A DNA stretch of 64,000 bases from Candidatus Krumholzibacteriia bacterium (GCA_041484665.1 JBGPIA010000002.1:160001-224000); one strand, 5' to 3'. Positions 21,516-30,618 are shown, numbered from the stretch's first letter. The notes: generated by a model from the letters alone, not told the origin. Numbers and translations: made by a program.

Positions 21516-22067
21516 GTGGCGGAAGGTGCATTGGACCTAAGGCGCTACATCCGTGCGATCGCGGACTTCCCCCAGCCGGGAATCCTGTTCCGCGACATCA
21601 CGCCACTGTTGCGCGACTACGGCGCGTTCGAGCATGCGATCGACACGTTGCATCGCCGCTACCGGGGCGAGACCGTGGACACCATCGCCGGCGTCGAGAG
21701 CCGGGGGTTCATCCTCGGCGCCCCCTTGGCGCTGCGGTTGGGGGTCGGGTTCGTCCCCATCCGCAAGGCGGGCAAGCTCCCCGGCGCCACGCGTTCGCGC
21801 AGCTACGCGCTGGAGTACGGGACCGCCACCCTCCAGATGCACGTGGATGCGCTGCAGCAGGGACAACGGGTGGTGCTGGTCGACGACCTGTTGGCCACGG
21901 GGGGGACCGCGGCGGCAGCGGCGGAGCTGGTGGAGGAGGGGGGAGGCAGCCTGGTGGAGATCGCCTTCCTCATCGAGCTCGCGGACCTGGGCGGCCGTGA
22001 GCGGTTGTGCGACCGGCGGGTGTTCTGCATGCTCTCCTACGGGAGCGATGCGGCCGGATCCCCATAG
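21516..22067 (+). CDS. apt: Adenine phosphoribosyltransferase
   Basis: DFPQPGILFRDITPLL, ESRGF, RKAGKLP, YALEYG, VDDLLATGGT. Confidence 0.96.
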   Translation: MAEGALDLRRYIRAIADFPQPGILFRDITPLLRDYGAFEHAIDTLHRRYRGETVDTIAGVESRGFILGAPLALRLGVGFVPIRKAGKLPGATRSRSYALEYGTATLQMHVDALQQGQRVVLVDDLLATGGTAAAAAELVEEGGGSLVEIAFLIELADLGGRERLCDRRVFCMLSYGSDAAGSP

Positions 22068-22128
22068 CTCGCCACCCATCGTCCTGCACGTCGATCGTCT
22101 GCGAGGCGGACATTCGAGAGGAGATCGG

Positions 22129-22202
22129 GCCCCAGTAGCTCAGGTGGATAGAGCACAGGTTTCCTAAACCTGGTGTCGCAGGTTCAAGTCCTGCCTGGGG
22201 CA
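22129..22202 (+). tRNA. tRNA-Arg(CCT), CCA not encoded
   Basis: GCCCCAG/CTGGGGC acceptor stem, anticodon arm CAGGT-TTCCTAA-ACCTG, GGTTCAAGTCC; discriminator A followed by GAC. Confidence 0.93.
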
Positions 22203-22262
22203 GACCCTGCATGCCCGCGGCGCCCTGGGCGGCGCACCGGGCGGCGGACAACGCGGAGGCAA

Positions 22263-22955
22263 ATGAGCGTGAGCCGGAATCACCTGACCAAGGAAGAGTT
22301 GCGCCACGACGGCTTCGTCGAGTGGACGGGCTCGGCGACGGCCTGGCTGCAGAAGCATTTCCTGACCGCAATCGCCGGGATCGCCGTGCTGGCCGTCCTC
22401 GTGCTGGTCAGCGTCTACTTCGCCCAGTCGCGGACACGGGGGCATCAGGAATCCTCCCAGATGCTCTACCGTGCGGGCAGCCTGTACGGAAAGGGCTCGT
22501 ACAGCGAGAGCCTGGTGGCGCTCGACGAGCTGATCGCCCGCCACGGGGGAACGGCGGAGGGAAAGACGGCTCATCACCTCCGGGGAGCCTGCCACCTTGC
22601 CCTCGGCGAGAACGACGCGGCCATCGACGAGTTCCAGCGCTATCTGGATCTGGACAGCAGTGGCGCGTTTGCTGCTTCGGCACGGTCGGGAATGGCCCTG
22701 GCCCTGGAAGCTCGTGGCGACTATCCTCGCGCCGCCGAGGAGTTCCGTAAGCTCCGCTCCGACCTGGGGCCCGATGACGCCCGGTACGCGCAGGCGGCCT
22801 TTGGCGAGGCGCGCGCGCTGGCCCAAATGGGCCAGCCCTCCGCCGCCATCGAAGTTCTCCAGCCTCTGGTGCGCGGCTCGGACATGAGCGCGCGCCAGGA
22901 GGCGCAGTCCCGTATTGCCGTCTACCGCGCGAAGCTGGCCACGCCCTCGTCCTGA
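22263..22955 (+). CDS. YfgM-like membrane-anchored TPR protein
   Basis: N-terminal LTKEELRHDGF, single TM, then TPR-like helices; GGAGG RBS. Confidence 0.72.
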   Translation: MSVSRNHLTKEELRHDGFVEWTGSATAWLQKHFLTAIAGIAVLAVLVLVSVYFAQSRTRGHQESSQMLYRAGSLYGKGSYSESLVALDELIARHGGTAEGKTAHHLRGACHLALGENDAAIDEFQRYLDLDSSGAFAASARSGMALALEARGDYPRAAEEFRKLRSDLGPDDARYAQAAFGEARALAQMGQPSAAIEVLQPLVRGSDMSARQEAQSRIAVYRAKLATPSS

Positions 22956-22990
22956 GCCGCCCTCCGCTGGGCGCTGTTCCGGAGGTCGAG

Positions 22991-23401
22991 ATGCCGGGAC
23001 GCTATGATCCGTTGGAGGATCTGCCGCCACCCAAAGGCACGCCGGCCCCGGATCCCGAGGCGGCCCGCCAGCAGTGGCTCGCGGCGCTGGCGTACGCCGG
23101 GCCTCTGTGCCTGCTCGCGATCTTCGCCCGCCGCAAGACGCCGTTCCTGCGCTGGCACGCCCAGCAGGGCTTCGTGCTGCTCTTCTTGGAGGCCCTGGCC
23201 TTCGCGCTGGTGATCATCGTGCAGGCCACGATCGGACGGATCCCGGTGCTGGGGCTGCTGGTGGAGATCGTCCTCAAGCTCGCCGTATTCGTGCTCTTCC
23301 TGCTGCTGTCCGTGATCGGCTTCGTCAAGGCGTTGGCCGGGGAGGAATTCCGCTTCCCGGTGATCGACGAATACGCCGAGCGCGTCCCGATCCACGACTG
23401 A
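22991..23401 (+). CDS. DUF4870-like small membrane protein
   Basis: AALAY...FLRWHAQQGFVL...KALAGEEFRFPVI; GGAGG RBS. Confidence 0.72.
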   Translation: MPGRYDPLEDLPPPKGTPAPDPEAARQQWLAALAYAGPLCLLAIFARRKTPFLRWHAQQGFVLLFLEALAFALVIIVQATIGRIPVLGLLVEIVLKLAVFVLFLLLSVIGFVKALAGEEFRFPVIDEYAERVPIHD

Positions 23402-23428
23402 CCCGACTCGAGCGGCGTTCGCACGACC

Positions 23429-23700
23429 GGGCAGGGCCGCTTCGACGCGACCCGGCGCAGGGCTGAGGTGTGTCCGCGTCCTCCAGGAGCTCTCGCGGGC
23501 GCGTAGTGGCGGCAGGGGCATCTGCCGCAGGGGTCGTGTAGGGTCGGGCAGGGTCTAAGGGGGGCTCAACGGGAGTCAGACCCGCCCGGCGCGATCCCAA
23601 GCGGTCGTACCGTGATTGCCCATAAGAAACATTATGTTAACTAACGCCCAAGAGAAACCCACAGCGCCGCCCCAAGCCATCTCCTGCATCTGCCCTGCCC
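23429..23700. repeat. KOPS-like octamers (GGGNAGGG) converging on dif
   Basis: GGGCAGGG on + at 23429 and 23546; CCCTGCCC (reverse) at 23693. Confidence 0.65.
23615..23642. other. dif: dif site (XerC/XerD chromosome dimer resolution site)
   Basis: ATTGCCCATAA-GAAACA-TTATGTTAACT vs E. coli GGTGCGCATAA-TGTATA-TTATGTTAAAT; AT-rich island at the exact strand-switch point. Confidence 0.9.
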
Positions 23701-23735
23701 TGGGAGGGCCGCCTGAAGTGGAGTCCGAAGCTACC

Positions 23736-24083
23736 CTACGGGCCCGGGTCGACGGGCCCCCGCAGCAGCTTCTCGGCCGAGCGGCCGAGGCGGATCAGGA
23801 TGTGGAACTCCTCGCCCACGAGGTCGACTTCGGCAGGGACATCCCGGGACTGGCAGAACCGGGCCAGACCATCGGCGGCCGATGCAGAGTCCACGATCAC
23901 GCGCAACACGGCCGGCGGGCTGCCGGCGGCGAGCTGGGTGCGCACCATGTGGATCGGGCCGGGATGGCGCAGCCCGCGGGCGATCAGCTTGCCCTCGCCA
24001 GCGGCGCGGCCGCCCTCCCGTTCCTCCGCCCCACCGGCGGAGAACGCGGCTGGCACTTTGCGGGAGGGGCGGCGAACGTCCAT
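23736..24083 (-). CDS. TusA/SirA-like protein lacking the catalytic Cys (HPGP instead of CPxP)
   Basis: LIARGLRHPGPIHMVRTQL...LRVIVDS...LARFC...FHILIR resembles TusA (LDAxGLRCPEPV...LLIIADD...FC...YLIR); start uncertain. Confidence 0.62.
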   Translation of the reverse strand: MDVRRPSRKVPAAFSAGGAEEREGGRAAGEGKLIARGLRHPGPIHMVRTQLAAGSPPAVLRVIVDSASAADGLARFCQSRDVPAEVDLVGEEFHILIRLGRSAEKLLRGPVDPGP

Positions 24084-24181
24084 GGATCGTCTCGCGGCGT
24101 GGCCGTCCGGGAGCGGCCTCCCCGGCGGGCCGGGTGATGCGCCGGGCGGCGTGCTCTGGCAACGGCCCCTGGGTGGGACCG

Positions 24182-24517
24182 TCAGTGCCGAGCGTTGGTG
24201 AGAGCCTCGATCTTCTCGGTGAGCCGGTTCTTGGGCACCGCCCCGACCACGCTGTCCACCACCTCGCCGGCGCGGAAGAACAGCAGCGACGGGATGCTCC
24301 GGACCCCGAACTTGTTGGCGAGGCCCTGGTTCTCGTCCACGTTCACCTTGGCGACCTTGATGCGCCCGGAGTACTCGTTGGCGATCTCCTCGAGCACCGG
24401 CGCGATCATCCTGCAAGGCCCGCACCAGGGAGCCCAGAAATCCACCAGGACGAGACCGGTGTCCGAAGCGACTTCGGTCTGGAAGGTCTTCTCGTTCACA
24501 TTCACGGGTGCAGACAT
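24182..24517 (-). CDS. trxA: Thioredoxin
   Basis: [28 protein letters not shown]. Confidence 0.97.
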   Translation of the reverse strand: MSAPVNVNEKTFQTEVASDTGLVLVDFWAPWCGPCRMIAPVLEEIANEYSGRIKVAKVNVDENQGLANKFGVRSIPSLLFFRAGEVVDSVVGAVPKNRLTEKIEALTNARH

Positions 24518-24604
24518 CGCTCTCCTCGTTGGTCCACCGGTGCACGCTACAAGGACGGCCCGGCACCACCGGCGCGGGCCGCCCTGGAAGCCACTCGCCT
24601 GATC

Positions 24605-24632
24605 AAGTTAGGGGATCAAGGGGGGCTGTCAA
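24605..24632 (-). promoter_or_regulatory. Possible sigma-70 promoter for trxA
   Basis: TTGACA-N16-TAACTT on the minus strand. Confidence 0.4.
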
Positions 24633-25647
24633 GCCGTGCGGCGCCGCCGGCCGCCCATGCCAGCAGGGCCAGATCGTAGGCCATGCCCTCCCCCATGCTG
24701 CTCGACTTGGCCCGGCGGTCGGCGGTGCGGAAGCAGGCGAGCGCGCGCTCCACCTGCGAGAGCGTCACACCGCGCGCCAGTTGTGCGAGACGACGCCCCT
24801 GCCAAGGTGAGATCCCCAGCGCCCGGCTGGCGGCCTCCTCACCCAGCCCGGCATCCAGCGCGGCGCGGAACTGCGCGAGCTGGCGCAGCTTCCAACCCAG
24901 GATCGCCGCCGTGCCGATCACGTCGACGCCCGAGGAGCGCACGGCAAGCCAGGTGCGCAGCGCCGGCAACGGATCGCGCGCGTCCAGCTGGTCCGCAAGC
25001 GCGAAGGCGCTGAGGTCGCGGCTGCGTGCCACCAGCTCCGCGATGCGCTCCGCGCCCAACACGCCCGCGTCCGCCAGGAGCGCCAGCTTGGCGAGCTCGT
25101 TGTCCAGCTCGCCAAGATCCTCTCCCACCAGTTCCACCAGCGTCTCCGCGGCGCCCGGGCCCAGCTGCACCCCCCGCTCCTGCGCCAGCCGCTGCGCCTG
25201 CACCAGCAGTGCGGGCAGAGCGAGCGTGGGGAACTCCACCACCCGCCCCTGCTCCGCGCAGGCGAGGGTGAGCTTCAATCGCAGGTCGAGCTTGGCCGAG
25301 CTGATCACCAGCACGGTCGACGGCGACGGTGACCGCAGGTAGGCCAGCAGCGGCTCGACGGCGGCGCCGGCCGCAAGCGCCTCAGCGTGACGGACCCACA
25401 CGAAGCGCCGTTCGCCCAGCAGCGGATAGGTGGCGCAGGCGTGGGCGATCGTCGCCGGGGACGCGTCCTCGGCGTAGAACACCTCGGCGTTCAGATCCAG
25501 GGCGTCCTGCTCGAGCACCTTGCGCCGCAGCCAACGCGCGGTGCGCTCGGCGCGAAAGGCGTCGGGGCCGGCCAGCAGGTAGACCGCGGCGACCGCGGTG
25601 CCCTTCAGCTCCTTCATCAGCGCCTCTGGAGTCACCACGCGGACCAT
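24616..25647 (-). CDS. holA: DNA polymerase III delta subunit
   Basis: VYLLAGPDAF, YPLLGERRFVWV, LVELVGEDL...NELAKLAL, DRRAKSS; follows lptE. Confidence 0.85.
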   Translation of the reverse strand: MVRVVTPEALMKELKGTAVAAVYLLAGPDAFRAERTARWLRRKVLEQDALDLNAEVFYAEDASPATIAHACATYPLLGERRFVWVRHAEALAAGAAVEPLLAYLRSPSPSTVLVISSAKLDLRLKLTLACAEQGRVVEFPTLALPALLVQAQRLAQERGVQLGPGAAETLVELVGEDLGELDNELAKLALLADAGVLGAERIAELVARSRDLSAFALADQLDARDPLPALRTWLAVRSSGVDVIGTAAILGWKLRQLAQFRAALDAGLGEEAASRALGISPWQGRRLAQLARGVTLSQVERALACFRTADRRAKSSSMGEGMAYDLALLAWAAGGAARLDSPP

Positions 25648-26183
25648 CACCACTCCTCGATGACCAGATTGAGGATCCCCTGGACGATCTGCTGCGCCGC
25701 CTGGGTGCGCGCATTGCTTTCGCCGACCTGGCCATCCGCGATGCGGTAGGTGGCGCTGGCGCGCAACTCCTTCGGGCCGACGATCGGCTCGCCGCTGGCC
25801 CGGTTCGCCAGGGTGACCGACACGGTGAGACGGACTTCGTATTCGTCCGCCTGGCGATCAGGCCCGTGGAACACCTCGGCGAGCTGGTAGCTGCGTACGG
25901 TACCCTGCACCACCGCATCGGCCTGTGGCTCCTGCACCACGCGCAGCGTGCGGTCGTCGATCAGACCCTTGATGATGTTCTCGGTCAGGGTGACCTCGAC
26001 GTTGGGCTCGCTGCTCTCGTTGGTGAAGTACGGGACGGCCACGCGCTCCACGCCCGGGCGCAGGCGCCCGGGGCGCGGACTGTACGCGCAAGCAGCCACC
26101 AGGGCCGCCACGGTGGCCATGGCCAGCGCACGACGCCAGATGTCCCGCCTCCGCGCGCGGAGGGCGGGCAGGGCCTCACCCAT
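25647..26183 (-). CDS. lptE: LptE-family lipoprotein
   Basis: Lipobox-like LVAAC, VAVPYFTNES, ADAVVQGTV; lptE-holA synteny. Confidence 0.72.
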   Translation of the reverse strand: MGEALPALRARRRDIWRRALAMATVAALVAACAYSPRPGRLRPGVERVAVPYFTNESSEPNVEVTLTENIIKGLIDDRTLRVVQEPQADAVVQGTVRSYQLAEVFHGPDRQADEYEVRLTVSVTLANRASGEPIVGPKELRASATYRIADGQVGESNARTQAAQQIVQGILNLVIEEW

Positions 26184-26195
26184 CGTCGAAGGACC

Positions 26196-27593
26196 TCACA
26201 ACAGCTGGAATGCCTTCATACGATAGCGCAGTTTGTCCCGATTGAGGTTGAGGAGTTTGGCGGTGAGGCTCTGGTTGCCCTCGGCCTCCTTATAGGCCTT
26301 CTCGATCAGGGCCCGCTCCAGCGACTCGACCAGCACCTCGTAGGCGATTCCATCGGTGGGGATGGCGTGACCGAGCGCGCCCTCGATCTCCTCGATCACC
26401 GAGTGCTCGTCGCTGCGGTCGGTACCGGCGATGGGGATGTGCTTGGGCAACAGCTCGGTGCCGTCCTCCAGCAACGCGATGCGCTCCATCATGTTCTTGA
26501 GCTCGCGGATGTTCCCCGGCCAGCTGTAGCCCGTGAGCACCTTCTGGGCCGCGTCGCTCACCCGCTCGAACTGCTTGCCGAAGCGGGTGCTGAAGGTGCG
26601 CAGGAAATGCTGCGTGAGCAGCGGGATATCCTCGGGGCGCTCGCGCAGTGGTGGGATGTAGACCGGGATCACCTTGAGGCGGTAGTAGAGGTCCTCGCGG
26701 AAGGTGCCCATCTGCACGCTCTGGCGCAGGTTGCGGTTGGTGGCCGATACGATGCGCACGTCCACCTTGATGTCCTTGATGCCGCCCACTCGGCGGAAGG
26801 TCATCTTCTCCAGGACGCGCAACAGCTTGACTTGGATGGGCAGGCTCATCTCGCCGATCTCGTCGAGGAAGAGGGTGCCCTTGTGGGCCAGCTCCAGCAG
26901 CCCCATCTTCTGGTTCACGGCGTCGGTGAAGGCACCTTTCTCGTGGCCGAACAGCTCGCTCTCCAGGAGCGGCTCCGGGAGCGACGCGCAGTTGATCTCC
27001 AGGAATGCGTTGTCGCGCCGCGGCGAATTCTGGTGGATCAGGTTGGCGACGACGTCCTTGCCCGTTCCGCTCTCCCCCTCGATCAGCACCGTGGTAGACT
27101 CGGCGATGACGATGCGCCGGATGAGCTCGTAGACCTCGCGCATGCGCGGGGAGATGCTGGGCACGATGTCGCTCGCCTCGTCGATCACCTGCGTCTGGCG
27201 TCGCAGCTCGTAGAGCTCGCTGGCGTGTCCCGTCGCGGCCATCCCCTTCTCGATCACGCGCAGCAGCTGCTCGAGGTTGATGGGCTTGTTCACGTAGTCG
27301 TGGGCGCCCTGCTTCATCGCCTCCACGGCGGTCTCCACCTCGCCGAAGGCCGTCATCATGACCACGCACAGCTCCGGGAAGCGGGCGCGCAGCTCGCGCA
27401 GCACCTCCATGCCCGAGCGATCGGGCAGCTTCAGATCGAGCAGCACCAGGTCGGGAACGTGCGCGGCCACCATGGCCAGCGCCTTGGCTCCGCTCTCGGC
27501 CGTGCTCACCGCGAAGCCCTCGTCCTCCAGCGTCTTGCGCAGGAAGAAGAGGATCGACTCCTGGTCGTCAACGATGAGAATGTTCCGCTTCAT
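26196..27593 (-). CDS. Sigma-54-dependent response regulator (NtrC/AtoC family)
   Basis: REC (ILIVDD, LLDLKLP), AAA+ (GESGTGKD, ESELFGHEKGAFTDA, LFLDEIGEM, FREDLYYRL, WPGNIREL), Fis-type HTH. Confidence 0.95.
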   Translation of the reverse strand: MKRNILIVDDQESILFFLRKTLEDEGFAVSTAESGAKALAMVAAHVPDLVLLDLKLPDRSGMEVLRELRARFPELCVVMMTAFGEVETAVEAMKQGAHDYVNKPINLEQLLRVIEKGMAATGHASELYELRRQTQVIDEASDIVPSISPRMREVYELIRRIVIAESTTVLIEGESGTGKDVVANLIHQNSPRRDNAFLEINCASLPEPLLESELFGHEKGAFTDAVNQKMGLLELAHKGTLFLDEIGEMSLPIQVKLLRVLEKMTFRRVGGIKDIKVDVRIVSATNRNLRQSVQMGTFREDLYYRLKVIPVYIPPLRERPEDIPLLTQHFLRTFSTRFGKQFERVSDAAQKVLTGYSWPGNIRELKNMMERIALLEDGTELLPKHIPIAGTDRSDEHSVIEEIEGALGHAIPTDGIAYEVLVESLERALIEKAYKEAEGNQSLTAKLLNLNRDKLRYRMKAFQLL

Positions 27594-29661
27594 GCCCAGC
27601 TCCCATCAGCGCAGGGAAACGCGGCAGCTCCACGGTGAAGCACGACCCCTCGCCGGGCCGGCTGCGCACCTGGATGCGGCCGCCATGACGCTCCACGATG
27701 CTGTAGCAGACGAACAGGCCCAGCCCCGTTCCGCCTGACTTCTTCGAGTAGAACGGCTCGAACACGCGCGCCAGGTCAGCCGGCGCGATCCCGCAGCCAT
27801 GGTCGCGCACCGCGACGGCGATGCCGTCCACGGGCCCAGTGGGCTGGTCCTCCTTGCGGCGGCTCCCAGCCGCGGTGACCTCCGCCGGCTGGACGTCGAC
27901 CTCGACCACGTCGCCGCTACGGCTGGCCTCCACGGCATTCTTGATCAGGTTGACCAGGAGCTGCTGGGCGAGATCCCGGTCGAGGTGCACCTCGGGCAGA
28001 TCCTCGCGGCCGCAAAAGAGGACGCCGACCCCGCGCTGCCGCGCCCACGGCGAGAGCCCCAGGATCGCGCCGCGCACCAGCTCGGCGGGTGAGGTGGCGG
28101 CCAGGCGCAGCGGCGATGGCCGCGCCACGCCCAGCAGGTCGCGGATCGTGCGGTCGAGCCGCTCGATCTCCCGCTGGATCATCCCGATGTTGCGCCGGTC
28201 CTCATCGCCGAGGTGGACGGAACGCGCCAGGTAGCCCACGCCCGCCCCGATCCCGCCCAGCGGATTGCGGATCTCGTGCGCCATGCTGCTGGCGAACCGG
28301 CCGATCGCCGCAAGAGTGTCCAGGTGACGGATCTCGTCCTGCATCGCGCGCAGGCCGGAGAGATCCTCGAATACGCACACGACGCCCTGCGGGCCGCCCT
28401 GCTCGGGCGAGAATGGCGACAGGCTCACCCGCACCGGGACGCGCTCGTCGGCCTGCGCGACGTTGCCGGCCGCGCCCTGCGTGTGGACGGCATCGCTGGA
28501 GGCGCCCTGCCCGTGCTCCGCGTTGCCGGTCGAGCCCTGGCCGTGTGTGACGCGCCGCAGCAATGCCTCCACGTGCAGCACCGCCGCGCCCGGCGCCAGG
28601 GCGCGGCGCAGGGGCAGCGCGCCCTCGGGCGCGTCGAAGAGCTCGTCGAGCCTGCGCCCCTGCATGGCGAGGGCAGCCTCGCCTCGCATGGCGGCGGCCT
28701 GGCGGTTGGCGAAGACGATCCTCCCGGAGGAATCGGTGGTGATGAGGCCGTTGGTCATTCCATCGAGCACGTGATCCCGGAAGCGCTCGGCCGCCTTGAC
28801 GTCGTCGTAGAGCGCGCTATTGGACAGGAGCGCCCCGACGGCATAGGCGAGCGACTCGACGGTGAGCTGGTCCGACTTGCGCAGCCCTTCACTGCGCCCC
28901 AGGTCGGTCACGGCCAGCACGCCGTGGACCGGATAGTGGCGGCAGGACACGCAGGGGGACAGATCGAGCCCGGTGCGCGCGGCAGGCGCGCGGCGCGGCC
29001 CCGTGAACGAGGCCGGCGTGAAACTGGGACAGCCCTGCCGGTAGAGCCAGGCGTCCGGGCGGCACTCGTCGCGGGCCAGCGGGCTGACCAGCGGAACGAC
29101 CAGGTATCCGTGCGCCGCGGAGCCGATCTCGACGCGGTCACCGTTGATGGCCAAGAGCGGCGGGGAGGCGTCGCCCCCGCCGGTGAGGCTGTGGCAGGAG
29201 CGCAGCACGCGGGCGACCGCCCCACCGACGCCCCCCATTCCCCAACGCACGGTCCGCACCGCGGGCCCGTCGGCGCCCGGCGAGAGCCAGCGCCCGACCA
29301 GCTCGCCGCTCACGGGCTCCACCCGCAGCAGCAGCACCTCCTGGAAGCCGGCCGCGCGCTGGCAGAACGCCAGCGCCGTGTCGAGCAGTTGGTCGGCCTG
29401 CCCCGGACGGGCCATGGCGCGCCAGAGCTCCTTGAGGCTGAGCAATTGGATGTTGGTGTTCACCAGCCGCAGCGATGCATCCTGCACGCGTGACTGCAGG
29501 TCGCCCATGCGGGTCAGCAGGATGCGGCGATGCAGGCCTGCCGCCAGGGCCGCGGCGGCCAGCAGCCCCGGTGCCAGGGCATACCACGGCGCGTACGGCG
29601 CCAGCAGCAGCGCCAACAGGGGCAGCAGGACGCAGACGGCGGCGGCGAGGAGCTGGGTCAT
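27568..29661 (-). CDS. Membrane sensor histidine kinase (TM-GAF-PAS-HisKA-HATPase)
   Basis: AHEIRNPL, NLIKNAVEA, DHGCGI, FEPFYSKK, GTGLGL; PAS (GRIVFANRQA). Confidence 0.92.
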   Translation of the reverse strand: MTQLLAAAVCVLLPLLALLLAPYAPWYALAPGLLAAAALAAGLHRRILLTRMGDLQSRVQDASLRLVNTNIQLLSLKELWRAMARPGQADQLLDTALAFCQRAAGFQEVLLLRVEPVSGELVGRWLSPGADGPAVRTVRWGMGGVGGAVARVLRSCHSLTGGGDASPPLLAINGDRVEIGSAAHGYLVVPLVSPLARDECRPDAWLYRQGCPSFTPASFTGPRRAPAARTGLDLSPCVSCRHYPVHGVLAVTDLGRSEGLRKSDQLTVESLAYAVGALLSNSALYDDVKAAERFRDHVLDGMTNGLITTDSSGRIVFANRQAAAMRGEAALAMQGRRLDELFDAPEGALPLRRALAPGAAVLHVEALLRRVTHGQGSTGNAEHGQGASSDAVHTQGAAGNVAQADERVPVRVSLSPFSPEQGGPQGVVCVFEDLSGLRAMQDEIRHLDTLAAIGRFASSMAHEIRNPLGGIGAGVGYLARSVHLGDEDRRNIGMIQREIERLDRTIRDLLGVARPSPLRLAATSPAELVRGAILGLSPWARQRGVGVLFCGREDLPEVHLDRDLAQQLLVNLIKNAVEASRSGDVVEVDVQPAEVTAAGSRRKEDQPTGPVDGIAVAVRDHGCGIAPADLARVFEPFYSKKSGGTGLGLFVCYSIVERHGGRIQVRSRPGEGSCFTVELPRFPALMGAGHEAEHSHR
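28456..28545 (-). repeat. Three imperfect 30-bp in-frame tandem repeats in the kinase PAS region
   Basis: HGQGSTGNAE / HGQGASSDAV / HTQGAAGNVA. Confidence 0.7.
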
Positions 29662-29829
29662 GGGTGTCGGCCCGCAAACGATGCGCGGGCGCACCCAGCC
29701 CATTCAAGGAGCGTGCCTGCAGGCGCAGGCACCTGCGGAAAATCGCGCCCTGCCCGGCCGGGCGAGGGCGCGTGGAGTCGGGCCGGCAAGAACGTCCCAC
29801 CCGGCGGTCGCCGGGCCAGGAGGCAGGAA

Positions 29830-30618
29830 TCAGAACGCGCCGTCTCCGGTCACGACGACGCGGATGGTGCGCAGCATGATCATGAGGTCCTGCAGGAGGC
29901 TGTACCGCGTGATGTACTGCAGGTCGAGCTCCACCTTGCGCTGCACGCTGGCCAGCGAGGAGTCATAACCGGACTCCACCTGCGCCAGCCCGGTGATGCC
30001 CGGCTTGAAGCGGAGTCGCTCGAGGTACCCGGGCACCTCCCCGGACAACAGCGTGATGAAGGGCGGCCGCTCAGGCCGTGGACCGACCACGCTCATATCA
30101 CCCCTGAGCACGTTGTAGAACTGCGGGAACTCGTCCAGGCGCGTCAGACGCAGGAATCGTCCCACGCGCGTGATGCGCGCATCGTTCTTCTCCGCCCAGC
30201 GCACTCCATCCGACTCGCTGTTCACGTACATGGTGCGCAGCTTGTAGATCTTGAACAGGTGGCCTTCGGCGACGACCTTGCGCTGGTCGCTCGGTCCGCG
30301 GGTGCGCCGCTCCACGCTGGGCAGGCCAGCCCGCTGGCGACGGTCGCGCTCGCGCCGGTTGATCCCCACGCGCACCTGCGTGTAGAAGACCGGGCCGCGC
30401 GAGTCGAGGCGGATCGCCAACGCCAACAGCGGCAAGACCAGCGCGAAGCCCAGCACCGCGACCGCCGAGACGGCGATGTCGATGCCGCGCTTGGTGGAGC
30501 GCTCCCAGGCCGGGACCTCCCGGTAGAACGGGATGCGCGCTCCGATCGTGGTGAGGGTCGGCGCCTCGTAGGTGCGGTCGTTCCGCACCCGGGCGTACAT
30601 CGCGGGATCGAGTAACAT
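29830..30618 (-). CDS. Bacterial sugar transferase (priming phosphoglycosyltransferase, WcaJ/WbaP C-terminal type)
   Basis: KRGIDI, DSRGPVFYTQVRVG, YKLRTM, RLDEFPQFYNVLRGDMSVVGPRPE, KPGITGLAQV, DLQYI. Confidence 0.93.
   Translation of the reverse strand: MLLDPAMYARVRNDRTYEAPTLTTIGARIPFYREVPAWERSTKRGIDIAVSAVAVLGFALVLPLLALAIRLDSRGPVFYTQVRVGINRRERDRRQRAGLPSVERRTRGPSDQRKVVAEGHLFKIYKLRTMYVNSESDGVRWAEKNDARITRVGRFLRLTRLDEFPQFYNVLRGDMSVVGPRPERPPFITLLSGEVPGYLERLRFKPGITGLAQVESGYDSSLASVQRKVELDLQYITRYSLLQDLMIMLRTIRVVVTGDGAF

Noticed and set aside
23643..23735. Element integrated at dif (IMEX-type phage or plasmid)
   Set aside because: No second dif-like site or replication/phage genes in the flanks
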